In this document: positions 30,801 to 41,683 of the stretch, piece after piece
Numbering within the stretch: position 1 is the first letter of the stretch
How the letters are laid out: the number at the start of each line of letters is the position of its first letter
Assembly (NCBI GenBank): GCA_000934665.2
Contig: JYFJ02002089.1
Location: forward strand, 1-63,357
Reading direction: 5' to 3'
Source of the DNA: Catajapyx aquilonaris
Taxonomy: Eukaryota
Length of the DNA: 63,357 nt
Notes under the pieces: model-generated
Told to the model about the DNA's origin: nothing
What the model saw: the letters and a program-made list of their open reading frames with translations, nothing else
Databases searched by the model: none
Program-made: the position numbers and the translations under genes

Positions 30801-33800
30801 AATGCATTATTCATTCTAATTTATACTGCACTACCAAACTAATATGAGTGGAGTCAGGCAAGTTAGGGCTAAAAACACAATTACAGTAACACAGCATTGC
30901 GTTTTGCTGTTAGTTAGCTTTCACCAGTACCCAAAAGTGCCTATCCAGATGTTTTTTTTATACTTTATTTGAATATACTGTATTTTCAGCAGATGCATCA
31001 TGTAATTACAGTCGAAATAATTGCGGCTCAGCGACTCGCATGTTTCACATTTGCATTTTTTTTTTACTCAACACTGTTAGCTTATCCATTTTGTACATCC
31101 ACAAAAAAACGAAACAACAATTCAGCAGCATGTTCCATCCCAGCAAGTTTCTGGCTTGCCAGGTAGTATGTCATGCCCACTCAATTATGCAGTAATGTAA
31201 AAACAAAACAAAAAAAAACATATCTTCTCTAAACCTGACACCTATGCAACATTGACGCCTGTCTCGAAACAAGCATGGTTGCAAAGCGTATGTTGTTAAT
31301 CTCCCATCTGTAAATCCCGGAAATCTGTCAATTCTCACTTCCAACGGCCGTGGAAACAAAACCCTCGTTTTCTTTCCCTTGAGGTGAAATCTGGTCCTAG
31401 CCTGAGGCGGCTGTCGGGAGCCGTAATTGCGAGCAAAATTTTGACAAGTCTAGCTTCAGCTCCATCGACTGCGGGTGTTTAGATGTCTGAAGGAGGGTCC
31501 CGTGATTGCATCCCTCCACAAACTTGGACGGCTCCAATATCTCGGGCGGAGAGGCAGTAATTTCGGGCCAAGTTGCGAGCCCTCATCGGGAGAGCTGCAG
31601 ATTGGCTGCCAACTGAGGAAAGAGACTTTCGTCAGGTTTGCACAAACACCGCCCAAGCTGAAGCGCCTAGGTAGTTATCCCGCAAGGAAAATATACACGA
31701 CCGGATTCCTCAAAAATTGCGGATTTCACACCGCGCTATATACAGGGTGTATCTGAACTCAGTGCCCCGACGTATATGACTGCCTTCCTAGCCACCAGAG
31801 GATCGATTTAAGTATAGGAGTCATATGTCTGGGCAGCCTAATTACTGAGATACACTCTTTAGCGATTTTTGCCTAATCGCTCCTTCTGACTTTTAAATAG
31901 AATTTTCTGGTGTAACTAGCCAAAGAGGCCTTACCACCTGTGGGCAACAAACCAACAAAGTCCCGCCCCCAGACCTTCCAGAGCCTTCTGACTGGGGGAG
32001 GGTTCGATGGGTGGCCTCACCGACAGGATATTTTGTACTACATGTTTGCGGCCAATTATCTCCGTAATGCGGCGGCCAAACATAATGATTCCTATACTTA
32101 AATCGATCCTCTGGTGGCTAGGAAGGCAGTCATATACGTCGGGGCACTGAGTTCAGATACACCCTGTATAAATAGCTAAAAGACGCGCATCGAAAATGCA
32201 TCCAGCATATAGGTGCTAGGCGATGATAAAATTCTAATTTATTACATAGGCGTGCCTTATCCCAATTAATGTTTCTGCCATTTTTCTATGGCTGTCAGTC
32301 CTTTGACTTACTTGTGATATTGTGCCGCACACTTTATTAGTAACGTGAATTTTTAAATGTCATAATCCGAGCTGAAGAAACCAACGCAAACTGTAGTTTC
32401 CTCTAGTGAACAACGATCTCTTGCAAATGCTCGCCATTCACAAACCTATATAGTGGGATTAATCACCGCAACAGTCTTGATTATCTAGATAAAGAAGCGG
32501 AGTGGAACCAAAACAACACAGATCAAAGGGCGGGAATGGAGGAGTGCAACATTCTGTAGCTTCCGTTTCTTGTTTCAACTTCTGGCTATAGTCACCCATT
32601 CGCGCCGCACCTCATGCCATCATTAGCCACCATAATCTGGAATAATCCCGGTCTGGTCTAACGATCTGGGAAATTGGGCCAACCCCAGGGAGTTAGAACG
32701 AGGAAGCTCCCGAAAAGGCACCGGCGTGGAAGAATTACCGGAAGCCGTGGCTTCGACTTTGCTGCTTGCCGTGACTTGAGCGCTTGGCGTCACCCGGAGA
32801 CAAGTCAGCAGGTTCTGGAAACCCAGAATTGTTCCTGTTTCCAAAAGCCCCGCTTGCTTTTCCTCTTTTCAACCGGACAAAGCTGCAACGTCCAACTTCC
32901 CAAATGCCTATCACGCTGCTGCACAACTGAGTCGAAAGCGCTTCCTTTCGCGTGCCAGCTCTGCTCGTGATGTTAATAGTCCCGGCATGTTTTGGCCCAA
33001 ACGCAGCGCCTTCCTCTATAGTTTCATGTCTGCCCACAGGCGCAGGCCGTTCCAAATCGCATTGAAATCCCTCCCGGGAAAGCGTAAATCTATCTCCAGG
33101 TGATTGTAATATTGAACATCAATATCCAGTGAGAGGAGGATGAAACTAAATGTCCTCTGCCACCCTACCCCTCTGTAGCGGTGAAATATAGATGTCGACT
33201 GGTTTAATATCCTGCCAGCAGTCTTTAAAATGAACGAAACAGCTCGAAAACATAGGTTTTCTGGTCGATAATGAGATAAGGTAACAGGCGTATGAATAAT
33301 TACCCTCCCAAGCCGCCGCCAAATTTATTCAGAGTAACTGAACAAAATTCATCGGGACTCTTCATCGCTACATACAGCGCACTGCATGTTTTTCTCACTG
33401 AAGGACGTAAAATATGGAACAAACAAAAGCACTGCTGCATGCTAGATCATTGGGTAATAATGTGTCTTTTTCGACAGCACCACCCACATTTGTCCTCCGC
33501 CCACGGGACCAAGAGAGCCAGCCTAATTCTTCTCTACGGATGGAATGCGCCGTAACGGGAAATCCTTCGCCGACTCTCTTCTGGACCAAGGAAGGGAGTC
33601 ATGTGTTGGTACCACCTGGTACTGCCAACTCCAGGATGCATGTGTTGGCAGACGGTACCCTTGTTCTGGGGCACCTTCGGCCAGAAGATGCCGGCTTTTA
33701 CCTCTGCGTGGCTGTCAGCAGAGCAGGGTCGGTCATCCAGAGGGTCTTGTTGAAAGTGACTAGTGTGGAAGACCTTCCACCTCCGATCATCCACCGTGGG

Positions 33801-36800
33801 CCACTCAACCAAACATTACCTCTGCGGTCGGTGGCAGTTCTTCCCTGTCACGCAGCAGGAAATCCTGAACCTGCGTTGTCGTGGCTGAAGGATGGAAAAC
33901 CTGTGGTTTTAGATGACACCCGGGTACGGATAGCCGAAGGGGGAACATTGCAAATCAATGGTAAGTTATGTGCGACAGCATGAAACATCGTCATGTTCAC
34001 AGTAGGAGTCTCACATACACCCCTATACTTAGGAAACCTGTAATAAATGTTGATAAAATCGTGACATTTAACACTAAAAGATGTTCTTAGGTCTATATGT
34101 ACGGTAATAAATCCCGAAAATGGTCAATCCTTATTCACTGTTAGTGGTAGTAGGCCTATTTGAAACAGTGAGTAACAACGGCTGTTACGGATTTACTTTC
34201 CATCACGCAACCCGTTCTTAGAGTTTCTGACTAATAGGAGTGTAGGCTACGTGTGGGGGGAGAATGTGGAACTCTACTTCACACTGGCCAAATTCACTTT
34301 GCAGATTTACATCAACATGACGGTGGTACCTACTCGTGCGTAGCCCACTCCCGTAGTGGAAGAGCTGTTTGGTCAGGTCATCTACGAGTAGAGAACCCCA
34401 TCAATCCAAACATCATCTTCCGCCGAGCTCCGGACGCATCCACGTTTCCGGGTCCGCCTTCACGACCACATGTCCTCAACCACACTGACACGACCATAAC
34501 TCTGTCGTGGAGGCGCAACCCACGGCTAGGAGCATCACCCTTGATGGGTTATACAGTTGAAAGTTACACCTCTGAGAATAAGGACGAGTGGGTTATGCTG
34601 GGTAAAGGAGTACCAGCTGAGATCTTCACTGCAGGTCACCTGCGACCAAACACATCTTATGTCTTCCTGGTCCGGGCCGAAAACTCGCATGGAGTGTCTC
34701 TGCCCAGTCCTATTTCCAAGCCAGTGATCACTTTTGGGTCGGTGGGAAGGAGAGACGACATGGAGGAAGCTAGAAACAGGCTGAGCAATCAGGTTGTCGA
34801 GCTAAGGGAGGCCTCCACATTGTCGTCCACGTCCGTCCGGCTCAAGTGGGACGTAAGTTGAACAAACATGTCTTATTGGAATTTATCTAACTCTTCCTCT
34901 TTTCAGATATTAACAGCAAAGGACTTTGTAGAAGGATTTTACATCTACTACCGTCCTGTAACTGCACCCCTGCAAAACTATAGCACCCTAACTGTTCTGA
35001 ATGCGGGTGCATCAGGATTTGTAGTGATGGGTCTCAGAAAGTATATGGAATATTCCGTCTTCCTCATCCCGTTCTACAAGATGGTGGACGGGCAGCCATC
35101 AAACAGCAGGCGTGTCAGGACCCTTGACGACGTTCCTGGAAGCCCCCCTGTTGATGTCGATACCATGATCCTCAATACCACGGCTATGGTTCTCCGATGG
35201 CATCCACCACCTTCTGCTTCCCATCATGGCGTCCTCACAGGCTACCAAATCTTAATCCGAGCCTTCAACCTCAAGCTTCTTGCCAATATCACAGTCAACG
35301 CTAGTACCACTTCACTCCTAGTCAACAACCTCACCCTCGGACAAACCTACAGGATAGAAGTGGCTGCGTTTAACCGCAAAGGTGTCGGACCTCTGTCCCC
35401 TTCGAAGGCGTTCCACATGAAACCTTCGCTGCTGAGGGACCTTCGACCTCACACAGGAGTGACCATCCATCCTGATGTTCAAGAATTCTTTACAGAAGTT
35501 TGGTTCATAGCCTTGGTGGGAAGCATTGTTTTCATTCTTCTGATGCTCCTCGTATTCACTCTGTATTTGCGACGCTGTCAGCTGAAGAAGACAGAGAGCG
35601 GTTCTTTCGCTGGTAAGTTCTAATTTCTCTTGCTGGCGCCGGGTGCTCGTGGCAACAATTCCTTATCTTCTCAGGCGTGATCCAAAAGGCCAACGTGAAT
35701 CCAAACGTGAACCCCAAAGCCCAGGATTCCCTGTGGATAGACGCTCGGTGGCAGACGGCTGGCGAGAGTGACCGCGAGTCCAGCTGGTCCGAAACCAAAC
35801 TCCTCAACCTCATGCCTACGCCTACGCCACATCTGAAGGCAGTGGGCAGTGAAGTGAGAGAGGAGGGGGTGGAGGCGCAGCAGAGCGGTGGAGGAGGGGG
35901 AAGCAGTACCGGTGGTGGTGGTGGTGGTGGTGGAGGGGAGTATGTGGAAGTGGACAATCATGGGGTCTCACTTTTCCCACAAAGACAGAGGGCACACTCG
36001 CCAGCTCCATATGCCACCACCACACTCGTCGGTGTGTCCTCCAGGAGGGACACTAATGTAAGCATTAACTTTTCTCAAACTTTGTCTGTAGCACCAATTA
36101 CCACACAAATAAGTGACGGAGTCTATTGTAATGAAGGGTAGCTACTCTTTGAGATCCTTTTGGACAGAACGTTGACGGCCTTAGGATATGTACAGTGCAG
36201 GACAGAATGGACCGTCATTTCAATCGATGGAAAAACTAAGTCAAATTTACATTGGGTCCAAGCAGCTCGCAGTTTATTTTAAGTAACCAACCGGGCGAGA
36301 GTGTTAAAAGGTATAATTTCAAACGTGCACTCTACTTCTGCATGGGTTTATTACCCTTCACTTTAGCGGGAGTCTCAGGTGACGTTTTTTTTTACATCAC
36401 TTTTCAGTTACCAGAGAAAGTATAGGCAGCCTACTACGTATAATGGGTCAGGACTTGAAGAAGCATAAGTAATGCAGACCCCAGAAGGCATACGCAAACG
36501 CACAAAACTGTGAAAAGATCTTCATGTTGTTGCAATTTTATTATTCAGAAGTACTGAGAAGTACAGAAGTATTGCGCATTGCTTATGCCATCATTTGGTC
36601 ATTGCCAAAACAAACAAAAAATCATTTCGCTTCTCTTTGTAGAGTGCCTCTGCTCTGATACTGTACTACTCTTTGAGCAAGGTATAGACTTTATGGCCTG
36701 GTTTTATCATCAGACATGAAAATTAACATTGATTACTTAAAATTCCCCAGGGATGCCCAGAAAAATCCCGGAGGGCTCATGAGCGATTACTGTACTATTC

Positions 36801-39800
36801 CCAGCAGATCGCTTCCCATTGATTCACTTTTCCAAATCTGCATTACTGGGTGGCTCTTGCACAGTATCATCTGTAGGCATAGCAGTAGTTTGGCAGTGTT
36901 TTATAACGAGGCTAATTTCAGAGATCGCCACAACAGTGCAACCCATCCTCGGACGAATTCCCATCTCTCCAGAGCAGGACGTCCGACAACTCGTCCCAGA
37001 GCGGCAGATTCACGCAACTTCCCAACGGGATGATTATGTATTCAGGTAATTAACTAGCACGTTGCTAACAAAGCTCTAAAGCCAAAAGGATTGCGATGTC
37101 TCTGACATAAAATCCGATAGTGTATAATATTTTGTGACCAATATACACTATTTGCTGGATTTTGCAATAATGGATGCACATTTGTTCAAAACCCTTCTCC
37201 ACAGATGACGGAGTGACTCCACTGTGCGTGAATTGCCACAGCGGTAGCGTGTCACCATCATTTGTGCACATTGATGGTAGTCACTGGAAGGAGAACTTAG
37301 TCCTGGGATCCTCTCCAGCGCCTCCCCTCTACACAGACCGACCGAATTATCCATCCCACCCACAAATGAAAAAGGTGAGCATACGAGGGCTAAAGATCTG
37401 TCAGAAAATTCACCTGCTTCACTTTTATCCTAACCCTCTAGAGCCACCCACCAACCTTCTTCGGCACGAGTAAAGTCTAACTAGCAGGATAAACTAAATC
37501 CCTACAGTAGTAGCCGAGTATCTCAATCGTAAATAACTAATGTCTTCTACCGTTTCTTCCATTTAGTTGCCACTGATATTTTTCTTACATTAGAATACTA
37601 ACAAAGGAGAATTCCATTAATTTATATACCATTTATGCGAACAATTCTACTGTCCGTTTATTTAATATAGGCCCCTGTGTTTGACTCGAAATAACTCCCA
37701 GGAAAATGATCCAAAAAATTAATGTTATGTATCTTTGGAGAGCTTGTTTAAATCCACGTTACATATATATGCGAGTTGGTTTCCTATCATCAGTGTGTAA
37801 ATCTTTTATAGCAAGAAGAAGGTGGAAAAGTGTAATTTTTTGACTAGTTTCCGACTTTACGCCGAAACATGAATTTTTTTCTGACACTTCCAAGAGGCCA
37901 AAAAAAATCCTCCTGTGAACCCTGGATAGTGCAATTCTCCGTCTATCTAATGTTATATTTGAAACTTATAAATCGCAATTTGTATAAACATAATTAAGTT
38001 AATTGATCACCTGTTATCTCGGCCATTTAAAATCCGAATTACTTTCTAATGTATCGACGGCAAGCCAGAAATGTGCGTGATAAAATTAAACCATGCACCA
38101 AAAATTTTAAAAGTATTAAAAAGTATTTCCGTGTATTCCCACCAGAAAGCGGGCTGGGTACTTAATAAACCAATACTTTTAAAATTTTAGTGTAATAGAC
38201 CACGGTTTAATTTTATCACGCACATTTCTGGCTTTCCGTCGATACATTCGAGAAGTACTTCGAATTATAAATGGCCGAGATAACAGAGGTGTGCAATTAA
38301 CTTAATTATGATTATACAAATTGCGATTTCTAAGTTTCAAATATAACATTAGATAGACGGAGAATTGCACTATCCAGGGTTCACAGGAGGATGTTTTTGG
38401 CCTCCTGGAAGTGTCAAAAAAAAAAATCATGTTTCGGCGTAAAGTCGGAAACTAGTCAAAAAATTACACTTTTCCACCTTCTTCTTGCTATAAAAGATTA
38501 CACACTGATGATAGGAAACCAACTCGCATATATGTAACGTGGATTTAAACAAGCTCTCCAAAGATATATAACATTAATTTTTGGATCATTTTCCTGGGAG
38601 TTATTGTTTCGAGTCAAACACAGGGGCCTACATTAAATAAATGGATAGTAAGCGGAATTAAATTTCTTTGCTATGAAATACCGGTATCCCGACAACTGGC
38701 TGCATGTCAACAGGCCGCCACGCCGGTCAACTGGTCGAAGGTCATTTGGCTGCTGTGCCATTTGGCTGCGGTAAAAATGGATGCTGCCTTTTAGTTGCCG
38801 ATTAACTTGGCTGCGGTCAGAGTTGCTAAATCAAATGGCTAGAGACACAAGGTTTTTGCATATTGAAAATCCAAGTACATAAATACAACTTCCCGTTGTG
38901 TTGGTGTCATCTGCATGGCTTTGGGGTGACCGCACCAATACTCTCTGTCTTGTGGCCCTGCCAGGCACGGTACGACGCCCGTGCGTGAGCTAGGGGGTAA
39001 TTGTGAGTTTGGAATCCGCAACATTTACTGTCAGTCCTGTGGCGCCGCAGGCCAACGAACACTATTGTGGGTTTGCCAACCTTCAGGTTTATTAACGAAA
39101 AGGGTGTTCCCGTTGTGATGGTGTCATCTGTATGGCTTTGGGGTGACCGCACCAATACTGTCAGTCTTGTTGCGCTGCAGGCCAACGAACAGTATTGCGG
39201 ATATGCCAACCTTCAAGCTGAGGCTGATATAAGTACCGTATCATTAAAATCAGCGAAATGATCGCCCACCAAATGTCACGGCAGCCAAATGACCGACAGC
39301 CAGTTGACCTGCAGCGAAAAGTCGTAGATTCGAAGATTATCATTATAATTATTGTGTTCTCCCCAATTTGTCAGCTGTTTCTCCTCCCAAATGGGGTAAA
39401 TAAATGAATAACACTAGAAATCTTTCTTAATCCCTAGGCTTCATCTCCCACCCCAGCAGAAAATTTTGCTCGCTCTGCCGCCTTCCTGCAGACCTTCCAG
39501 AGCCCCCTGCAACCGCGCAAGGCGACAATAACCACCTCAGGTCCAGTCTACCCGAATGGGCAGCCCCCAGGGATTATGCCACCTCCGCCACCCGTCCTAT
39601 CTCGGCCTACAGTGCCCAACGGGGTGTTGTGCCCGTACCCTCTCCCTCCACCGAGGGCCTCCTGTGGTGCAGCTGGAGGATGCGGAGGGGGTGCTTCTGG
39701 AGATGAGAGTAATCCCTATGAGGCGGTGTACCTCAGCTCCTTCGGCAATCAGTCATGCCACAGCGAGCCCGTCAATCCGGTCACAGAGAGGACGCACTTG

Positions 39801-39905
39801 CTTTGCCCGCCATACTTTAGATATGAGATGGTATACGCCAGGCCACGCTTGAAGCCGCCATCCTACAGACTCAGTGGTCAGTCAGGTACCGCATGTGGCC
39901 ATTAA
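18553..39905 (+). CDS. robo: Roundabout (Robo) Slit receptor, spliced gene span; 5' signal-peptide exon not located. Exons: 18553-18858, 27197-27347, 27713-27843, 28452-28718, 33478-33960, 34305-34852, 34907-35612, 35675-36057, 36922-37045, 37205-37374, 39438-39905
   Basis: Exons join in frame through GT-AG introns to give 5 Ig, 3 FN3, TM and cytoplasmic tail. Ig1 ([12 protein letters not shown]...[15 protein letters not shown]...GVYWCVARN), CC0 (EYVEVD) and CC1 ([10 protein letters not shown]) are diagnostic of Robo. Confidence 0.96.
26599..26769. mobile_element. MITE with TA TSD (Tc1/mariner-type)
   Basis: TA|caggatggtacgctgcc ... ggcagcgtaccatcttg|TA, plus internal inverted segments (atggattattcactccagt / actggagcgagtaatccat). 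Confidence 0.75.
27197..27347 (+). CDS. robo: robo exon: Ig2 N-terminal half
   Basis: ttccag|TTCTTCGA ... CACAG|gtatag; [42 protein letters not shown]; phase 1 to 2. Confidence 0.95.
27713..27843 (+). CDS. robo: robo exon: Ig2 C-terminal half
   Basis: gacag|GTTACGG ... CACG|gtacgt; [35 protein letters not shown]; phase 2 to 1. Confidence 0.95.
28452..28718 (+). CDS. robo: robo exon: Ig3
   Basis: ggcag|TGCGACCC ... CACT|gtgagt; [15 protein letters not shown]...[17 protein letters not shown]...[10 protein letters not shown]. Confidence 0.95.
31743..32166. mobile_element. young Tc1/mariner-type MITE with TA TSD
   Basis: TA|CAGGGTGTATCTGAACTCAG ... CTGAGTTCAGATACACCCTG|TA; about 77 bp of perfect TIR. 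Confidence 0.9.
33478..33960 (+). CDS. robo: robo exon: Ig4 and first half of Ig5
   Basis: cgacag|CACCACCC ... AATG|gtaagt; [11 protein letters not shown]...[17 protein letters not shown]...[15 protein letters not shown]. Confidence 0.95.
34018..34242. mobile_element. degenerate MITE in robo intron
   Basis: TA|cacccctatacttaggaaac ... gtttctgactaataggagtg|TA imperfect TIRs. Confidence 0.3.
34305..34852 (+). CDS. robo: robo exon: end of Ig5, FN3-1, start of FN3-2
   Basis: tttgcag|ATTTACAT ... TGGGAC|gtaagt; [14 protein letters not shown]...FPGPPSRP...[12 protein letters not shown]. Confidence 0.95.
34907..35612 (+). CDS. robo: robo exon: FN3-2, FN3-3 and transmembrane helix
   Basis: Follows a 54-bp intron; tttcag|ATATTA ... 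GCTG|gtaagt; VEGFYIYYR...GVLTGYQI...[25 protein letters not shown]. Confidence 0.95.
35675..36057 (+). CDS. robo: robo exon: cytoplasmic CC0 and CC1 region with poly-Gly tract
   Basis: Follows a 62-bp intron; tctcag|GCGTG ... ACTAAT|gtaagc; [25 protein letters not shown]. Confidence 0.92.
35887..35937 (+). repeat. (GGT/GGA)n coding trinucleotide tract giving poly-Gly in Robo
   Basis: Seven GGT units at 35911-35931; [17 protein letters not shown] lies immediately before CC0. Confidence 0.85.
36643..36681 (+). CDS. robo: possible 39-nt in-frame cassette microexon of robo ([13 protein letters not shown])
   Basis: ttcgcttctctttgtag| ... AAG|gtatag; phase 0 to 0, matching the flanking exons; no homology support. 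Confidence 0.25.
36922..37045 (+). CDS. robo: robo cytoplasmic exon ([41 protein letters not shown])
   Basis: ctaatttcag| ... TCAG|gtaatt; phase 0 to 1, bridges the flanking exons; this frame is absent from the ORF track. Confidence 0.7.
37205..37374 (+). CDS. robo: robo cytoplasmic exon ([14 protein letters not shown]...[22 protein letters not shown])
   Basis: cttctccacag|ATGACGG ... AAAAAG|gtgagc; phase 1 to 0. Confidence 0.75.
37650..38648. mobile_element. 1-kb foldback (long-TIR) element with TA TSD in robo intron
   Basis: Arms ~37650-38117 and ~38172-38648 are near-perfect reverse complements around a ~55-bp spacer; TA|ctgtccgtttatttaat ... attaaataaatggatag|TA. Confidence 0.9.
38680..39330. 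mobile_element. non-autonomous DNA transposon with subterminal short tandem motifs and internal direct repeats
   Basis: ggtcaactgg..ggtcatttggctgctgtgccatttgg is inverted relative to ccaaatgtcacggcagccaaatgacc..ccagttgacc; internal repeats near 38903/39120 and 39026/39156. Confidence 0.6.
39438..39905 (+). CDS. robo: robo proline-rich exon (CC2-like [17 protein letters not shown]); ends at TAA 39905 or splices out at 39885
   Basis: ttaatccctag|GCTTCATCT; phase 0, open for 155 codons; in frame with ORF 39576-39905. Confidence 0.8.
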   Translation, partial: ASSPTPAENFARSAAFLQTFQSPLQPRKATITTSGPVYPNGQPPGIMPPPPPVLSRPTVPNGVLCPYPLPPPRASCGAAGGCGGGASGDESNPYEAVYLSSFGNQSCHSEPVNPVTERTHLLCPPYFRYEMVYARPRLKPPSYRLSGQSGTACGH

Positions 39906-40354
39906 GGTGTCTTTCTGGTTGATGCCAAGCTAACTTATCATGACTGCCTTAAAATAATCATGCCCTAAATTTGCCAGAATATCACTAAAAGTACATCTGA
40001 AGAAACCGATTGTAATGGCTAAACCCAAGTTACACTTCTCTTTCCATAATATACTTTGGTATTGTGGTCCTTTTATGGGGGAACTTTGGCCCGAAGTTGT
40101 TATTTCTGTGTAGCTTTTAGCGCCACGATCAAGGTGCTCAATATATTATTCTTATTATTATTATCGCCAGCTGCTCTATTCGACCACATCTGGGAATAAG
40201 GCATCTCCATCGGAGCGCCAAAAAGCCACACAATAATAGCAGCTTCAGACCAAAGTTCCCCCCATATAAGGACCCCCAATTCTTGGAACACGCTGCATTT
40301 GTTCCCATTTCAACGGTTTCCGACAGAACTGACAAATCATTTGTATATTTTCAG

Positions 40355-40482
40355 GTGGACAGATGGCTCCAGACGAGGTTAGGGAAGAGGAGGTGAAAGA
40401 GCGAAACGACCAAATAACCCCGCACCAGGGTATAAACTCGTACCATAATGCAGATGGTCATAGGAGAGGATGTGCTCTCTGA
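40355..40482 (+). CDS. robo: candidate alternative last exon of robo (GGQMAPDEVREEEVKERNDQ...RRGCAL*)
   Basis: tatattttcag|GTGGACAG; phase 1 matches the internal donor TCAG|gtaccg at 39885/39886. Confidence 0.4.
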
Positions 40483-41683
40483 ATAAGGATGAAGTGCCGT
40501 GTAGGACACTGCCTTATTACCAAGTGACTTTCTTTTGCCTCTTTTTTTCACACCCTACCCTCTTCCCAGGGTTGGTTTCCTCCCTTGCTGTGATAACACT
40601 AAATCATATCTTTGCCAAGATGTGGGTTTTCGCAGAAACTGCTGTCAAATTTTTTTCCCCATGTGCATTGATGAGAAAGAAAACTAGAGGATTTTTTGCG
40701 TGTGACTTTGTGACCTAGCTTTGTTAAACTCTGCAATTCTGTCAAGATGCCAAGACTGATGACTCTCTTCCCTGTTTTTCACGTGGAGGGTTCCATCCTA
40801 AGGAACAGTCAATAGGTTTTTGTCGACTTTCAGTTAGATACAGGAAGAGGTAGCAGACGGCAGCCCGGAAACGACTCATGGCGCCATCTCCTTCCAACTC
40901 TTGGATATACGTGGCAAAATCAGTGCACTCGCAAGGGAAGAACGTTGCTAATGGCTCTAAAGTTTCACATAATTATGTAAGATATACTGTGCCCTTACTC
41001 TTAATAACCAAAAAGCTGTTCTTGCCCTACTAACATGTAAAACAAGTTTCGGCAAGAGCTGAAAGACAGCATTAAAATTTATAATGTGAACAAAATAATA
41101 GCCTACCCATGGTTCATTTCCAACGTTCTTCCGTGGCTATCTGTATTGTTTGATGTTACTTTGACACGGAGCAAGTTGTAGTGGCCTCTTACGACGCAAG
41201 TTCTAAGCATCTGTACAAACTATTCATCTTGACGATAATCGTTTGAGATTGAGAAACAAATGACGATTTCTCTAAAATTGTTAAAATCCCTTTTCAATGT
41301 TTCTAAGTGGAACCCTCCATTTAAGTAAAGCGTTTATAATCATCACATATCTGCCGAATCATAATGTGCAATAGGAACAATAATTAGTTTTCAAGTTTTT
41401 GTTGCAGTCTTTGTGTCTTGTGCAAGTCGTGTGATGCTCATAAATGCTACACATTCACTATACAAGATGAGTCAAAAGCTTTTCTGCTTGCGTGCTGCTG
41501 TGTTGAGTAGCTCATCTAGCATCCCACTGGATTTCTATGATCGTTATCAGATTTCGACTTACTGAAGCAACTTAAAACATTCAAGCTTTTAACCCTTCCC
41601 AGGAATTACAATCTTCGCATTGTGACTTATTCACAATGACACTTGTGAAACTATTTTGTTACTGGGTTCTTCAGAGGGCTTAT

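Noticed and set aside
18859..33477. Dscam-like mutually exclusive duplicate Ig exons in the large robo introns
   Set aside because: No duplicated Ig-like exons were visible in the sequence or in the ORF track.
36716..37049. ORFs 36716-37033 and 36819-37049 as robo exons
   Set aside because: Their frames are incompatible with the flanking intron phases; the third frame (36922-37045) fits.
38500..38525. CTGATGA-tag-GAAAC hammerhead-like core in the foldback arm
   Set aside because: Only 3 nt between the core halves and no stem III or cleavage triplet.
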